Positions 60,848 through 64,000 of a stretch of 64,000 nt of DNA are shown in pieces. A program made the position numbers and the translations under genes. How positions within the stretch are numbered: the first letter of the stretch is position 1; each line of letters starts with the position of its first letter. The notes beneath the pieces were generated by a model, which worked only from the letters and a program-made list of their open reading frames with translations, did not search any database and was not told the origin of the DNA. This DNA is from a virus: the IMG/VR virus record IMGVR_UViG_3300000970_000007, positions 25,311 to 89,310 of that record; one strand, written 5' to 3'.

Positions 60848-61591
60848 ATGGGTAGACATAAGAAACTAAAAAAGGAAGATATGGAAGAAGTAAATGATTA
60901 TCAAGCTAGTAAAAGAATAAAAGATAATAGAGAAATATTAAACATACTTGAAAGAAATTTTAAACCTAGAAAAAAGCAATTAGAATATTTAAATAAGTTA
61001 GATACTTCTACTATAGCCATTTGTTCAGGATCAGCAGGTAGTGGTAAGACAATTACATCTTTGTATTTTGCATTAGGAAAAGCATTAAGGGAAAATAAAA
61101 AGTTAGTACTAATTAGACCTATATTCGAATCTGCTAGTCAGAAAATAGGATTTCTAAAGGGAAGTTTAGAAGAAAAAATAGAACCTCATTTTCAGGCTTT
61201 TAAGTATATTTTAAATGATTTAATAGGTAATAAATTAACTGAACAACTTATAAACCAAGGAATTATAAGATTTGAAATACTAAACTTTTTAAGAGGTGCT
61301 ACTTTATCAAATTCAGTAATTGTATGTGATGAGTCACAAAATATGATGGTTGAAGAAATGATATTAGCAACTACAAGAATAGGAAAAAGTTCTTCCATAA
61401 TATTTACAGGAGATTTCTATCAATCTGATTTAAGACAAGCAAAAGGGTCTATTTTAGAATTTGCAGAAATGATTAAAGATGTTAAAGGAGTTGAGAAATT
61501 TACTTTCACTTCTAAAGATGTTGTTAGAAATAAAATTTTAGTAGAAGTCACTAAAAAGTGGGAAGAATATAAAGATCAGAAAGGAATTTAA
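60848..61591 (+). CDS. phoH: PhoH-family ATPase
   Basis: GSAGSGKT Walker A, IGFLKGSLEEK, LRGATL, CDESQN, TRIG and TGDFYQSD motifs. Confidence 0.95.
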   Translation: MGRHKKLKKEDMEEVNDYQASKRIKDNREILNILERNFKPRKKQLEYLNKLDTSTIAICSGSAGSGKTITSLYFALGKALRENKKLVLIRPIFESASQKIGFLKGSLEEKIEPHFQAFKYILNDLIGNKLTEQLINQGIIRFEILNFLRGATLSNSVIVCDESQNMMVEEMILATTRIGKSSSIIFTGDFYQSDLRQAKGSILEFAEMIKDVKGVEKFTFTSKDVVRNKILVEVTKKWEEYKDQKGI

Positions 61592-61655
61592 ATATTAAAA
61601 AACGTCTGCTACCATAGGACGGTTGGTCGCTTTTGAGGAAGGGTGTCAACAAAAT

Positions 61656-61688
61656 AAAGCCTCTATATTAATTTATAGAGGCTTTTTT
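61656..61688 (+). terminator. rho-independent terminator
   Basis: Perfect 12-bp stem AAAGCCTCTATA / TATAGAGGCTTT, 6-nt loop, T-run. Confidence 0.85.
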
Positions 61689-61689
61689 C

Positions 61690-61720
61690 TTGCGTAAAAG
61701 AATTATTTAATTTACATTTA
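61690..61720 (+). promoter_or_regulatory. variant Bacteroidota promoter TTG-N20-TACATTTA
   Basis: Correct spacing with one mismatch in the -7 box; upstream of the small-gene cluster. Confidence 0.45.
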
Positions 61721-61735
61721 CAAAAAACATTAATC

Positions 61736-62017
61736 ATGATAACAATAACAGGACAGGCTTTTATAAATAAAATAGATCCTAAGTGGTACAAAGAACAAGG
61801 ATTGTTCATTCAACATTTACAAGAAGAACTAATAGAACTGAACTCTAACGCAACAATTCAAGTATGGGAGAATCATTTAGTTTTAACATTTAGAAATTAC
61901 AAGAAAATAGATTCTGAAGTAAATAAGACAATAGAAAATAGGTGGTCCATTACTGAAAGTAAAACAGATGTTGGAGAAGGTCAGTTTAATTATTCATACG
62001 AGGTGAAATTTAAGTAG
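61736..62017 (+). CDS. hypothetical protein
   Basis: 93 aa ORF. Confidence 0.65.
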   Translation: MITITGQAFINKIDPKWYKEQGLFIQHLQEELIELNSNATIQVWENHLVLTFRNYKKIDSEVNKTIENRWSITESKTDVGEGQFNYSYEVKFK

Positions 62018-62019
62018 AT

Positions 62020-62301
62020 ATGAAAAACTACACAAAAGAAATAAACGAATGTTATCACAGGTTGTTCCAAGCATCTACTCCTAAAGGAGACTTTTATAAA
62101 ATGTTAGAAAAAGCTGAACTAAACGATCAAGGTCAAAAAATAATACCTTTCGAAAAATATGAACTAGATTATGTAACTTTTAATGAGATACTTGAAAATT
62201 GTATTAAGGAATTTAAAATTCCTAAAGTAGATAGAGAACCTTTTAGTACAGCTATTTACTTAGGTTGTTCTCCAAAATATAAATTAAGTACAATACCTTA
62301 A
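62020..62301 (+). CDS. hypothetical protein
   Basis: 93 aa ORF ending in YLGCSPK. Confidence 0.65.
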   Translation: MKNYTKEINECYHRLFQASTPKGDFYKMLEKAELNDQGQKIIPFEKYELDYVTFNEILENCIKEFKIPKVDREPFSTAIYLGCSPKYKLSTIP

Positions 62302-62311
62302 GTAATTTAAT

Positions 62312-62683
62312 ATGAAAAACTTTAAATTTAAACATTATGATACCAGAAATAAAGAATGGATATTTTCTGAAAAACACTATACAGATGGCTGTTTCTATAT
62401 AAACCCAAAAGGAGTACTATTTTTATATGGATATAGAAATAAAAAAGGTGAGTACAAAGAATACCGATCCTATAATGTAAAGATTTATATAGGTAAAGAT
62501 ATGAATGAGAAAGATGTGTATTCCGATGATACAATAAGACATGATATTTATGGAGCAGGTATTGTAAAATATTGTATTAAAAACCTTGGTTTTTATATAG
62601 ATTTTGGAGGAGAAGATTGGGACATGCATGTAAAAGAATTAGAGAATTGTGAATTAATAACAAATAGTTATGTTAACAGGTAA
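62312..62683 (+). CDS. YopX-family protein
   Basis: FKFKHYD...GKDMNEKDVYSDD...ELITNSY mirrors the YopX pattern KFRAWD...KDKNGKEIYEGD...EVIGNIYE. Confidence 0.6.
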   Translation: MKNFKFKHYDTRNKEWIFSEKHYTDGCFYINPKGVLFLYGYRNKKGEYKEYRSYNVKIYIGKDMNEKDVYSDDTIRHDIYGAGIVKYCIKNLGFYIDFGGEDWDMHVKELENCELITNSYVNR

Positions 62684-62827
62684 AGTAAAAGATCAATTTG
62701 AGTAGTGGTTAATAAGTATTTTCTAAGATTCGGCAAAATATTTAAATCATAGCCGAATCTTAATAATCCGCCAAAAACTCAATTATATAAAAAATTAATG
62801 ATATCTTTACTATTAAAAAACTAAAAT

Positions 62828-63121
62828 ATGAAAAATAAAGAACTAAAATACAACTACGATCAACTAGAACAAGCCTACAACCAAGGTCTATCAGACGGAG
62901 TTTATCAACCAAACTCTCACACATTTGAAGAATTTTTTGCCAAAAACTTCGTTGAGAAAGAACCAGAACCTATTTCAGAAGTCAGACAACGTCTTTTAAG
63001 CTCATTTAAGGTAAGTTTAAAACATAAACATATAAGCATACCAAATAGAACTATTCTAAGCGAAGAAGAGCTAAATGAGATTAAATTAATGGGATTAGGA
63101 ATACAATATATGGGGTTTTAG
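62828..63121 (+). CDS. hypothetical protein
   Basis: 97 aa ORF. Confidence 0.6.
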   Translation: MKNKELKYNYDQLEQAYNQGLSDGVYQPNSHTFEEFFAKNFVEKEPEPISEVRQRLLSSFKVSLKHKHISIPNRTILSEEELNEIKLMGLGIQYMGF

Positions 63122-63124
63122 GAG

Positions 63125-64000
63125 ATGAATTATATAATAACAAACAATAGAGAGTTTTTTGACAAAATAGGTGACTATAATTTCTGTAACTTAGAAGACA
63201 TGAAATTGGGTAATACTATTGCAGTGGATACGGAAACAACAGGTTTGAATCCAAGGGAGGGTAGAATGTTCGCTATTCAAATAGGTACTGGAAAGGACAA
63301 TTATCTGGTGGATATGCAGGATCACAACAATGGATTACAATTTAGCCAGGTGGTCCCCTTTATCAAGGGTAAGACAATGGTGCTCCATAATGCTACCTTT
63401 GATTTAACTTTTATGTTTTCTGAAGGTTTTTATCCTAAAAAAATAATGGACACTTTTTTATGTAGTAAATTGTTATATAATGGGTATCCTCCAAGCTACA
63501 GACACGGATTTGGCTATGTAATGGAACGAGAACTAGGAGTAGTTTACGATAAGACAGAACAAAAAAATATACACAATACTCAATTAAGGACTCATAAAAC
63601 TATTCAATACTCCTTTAATGATGTTGATAGATTATTAGAGTTAATGGCAGTGTTATGGAAGAAAACTAAAGCGGAAGGTATGGAGGTAACTAATAGGTTA
63701 CATTTCTCTTTTGCTCGTACCTTAGCTTACATGGAAAACTCTGGTATGCCCTTTAATAGAGAACTCTGGTTGAAAAAAATGGAGGTAGATGAAAAAGAAG
63801 CAGTTAAAGCTTCAAATAAGGTTATTCATTATATTTATGAAAATTTACCAAAATTTAGAGATAATCAAATTGATTTATTTAGTTCAGAGATTAAGATTTT
63901 ACCTGAGCTGTCTTCAGTAAAACAGATGATTCCAGTTTTTGAAGAACTTGGTATAAACATTATAACTGACAAGGGTAAGAAATCTATTAAGGAAGACGTA
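63125..64000 (+). CDS. DNA polymerase family A, N-terminal 3'-5' exonuclease domain (truncated by window end)
   Basis: Manual translation from ATG 63125 gives ExoI AVDTETTGL, ExoII HNATFD, ExoIII YSFNDV, then LAYMENSGM; open to the window edge. Confidence 0.88.
   Translation, partial: MNYIITNNREFFDKIGDYNFCNLEDMKLGNTIAVDTETTGLNPREGRMFAIQIGTGKDNYLVDMQDHNNGLQFSQVVPFIKGKTMVLHNATFDLTFMFSEGFYPKKIMDTFLCSKLLYNGYPPSYRHGFGYVMERELGVVYDKTEQKNIHNTQLRTHKTIQYSFNDVDRLLELMAVLWKKTKAEGMEVTNRLHFSFARTLAYMENSGMPFNRELWLKKMEVDEKEAVKASNKVIHYIYENLPKFRDNQIDLFSSEIKILPELSSVKQMIPVFEELGINIITDKGKKSIKEDV

Noticed and set aside
151-62629. Minus-strand and short alternative-frame ORFs in the track
   Set aside because: They lie within longer + strand genes and show the S/L/F/I-rich composition typical of antisense shadows; no motifs were recognised.
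1-64000. Stop-codon reassignment (TAG or TGA), as known in some crAss-like phages
   Set aside because: Genes up to 5.9 kb are uninterrupted in the standard code, and TAG and TGA serve as real stops between well-packed genes.
1-64000. CRISPR array, tRNA genes, diversity-generating retroelement, invertible cassette, introns or inteins
   Set aside because: I saw no spaced direct repeats, cloverleaf, reverse transcriptase, recombinase, homing endonuclease or intein signature. TerL and MCP are continuous. A dedicated scan would be needed to exclude short elements.

Overview
A 64 kb AT-rich segment of a large podovirus-type dsDNA phage with crAss-like (Crassvirales-related) gene content and order. 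The host is most likely Bacteroidota, probably a flavobacterium: TAnnTTTG promoter boxes are present and start codons have A-rich leaders without Shine-Dalgarno motifs. All credible genes are on the + strand and read with the standard code. Order: packaging and head genes (TerL, portal, acidic scaffold-like protein, major capsid protein); ring, auxiliary and fibre genes; a split lysis region (holin, tail fibre, patatin, L,D-transpeptidase-like lysin); a Cys-rich tail cluster with one frameshifted gene; HU/IHF-like, tail-tubular and muzzle genes; a 22.7 kb block of putative ejected cargo proteins; phoH; small genes; and the 5' part of a family A DNA polymerase. The most striking observation is in the cargo block. 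Its three largest proteins (about 4,880 aa) contain only four cysteines by manual scan, all at facing termini, which suggests a head-to-tail linked ejection chain. These proteins carry ADP-ribosyltransferase-like and zincin-like domains but no recognisable virion RNA polymerase motif. Two smaller cargo proteins carry repeated [FY]xxGG motifs that suggest polyprotein processing. All family assignments come from motif recognition by eye; no database search was run.
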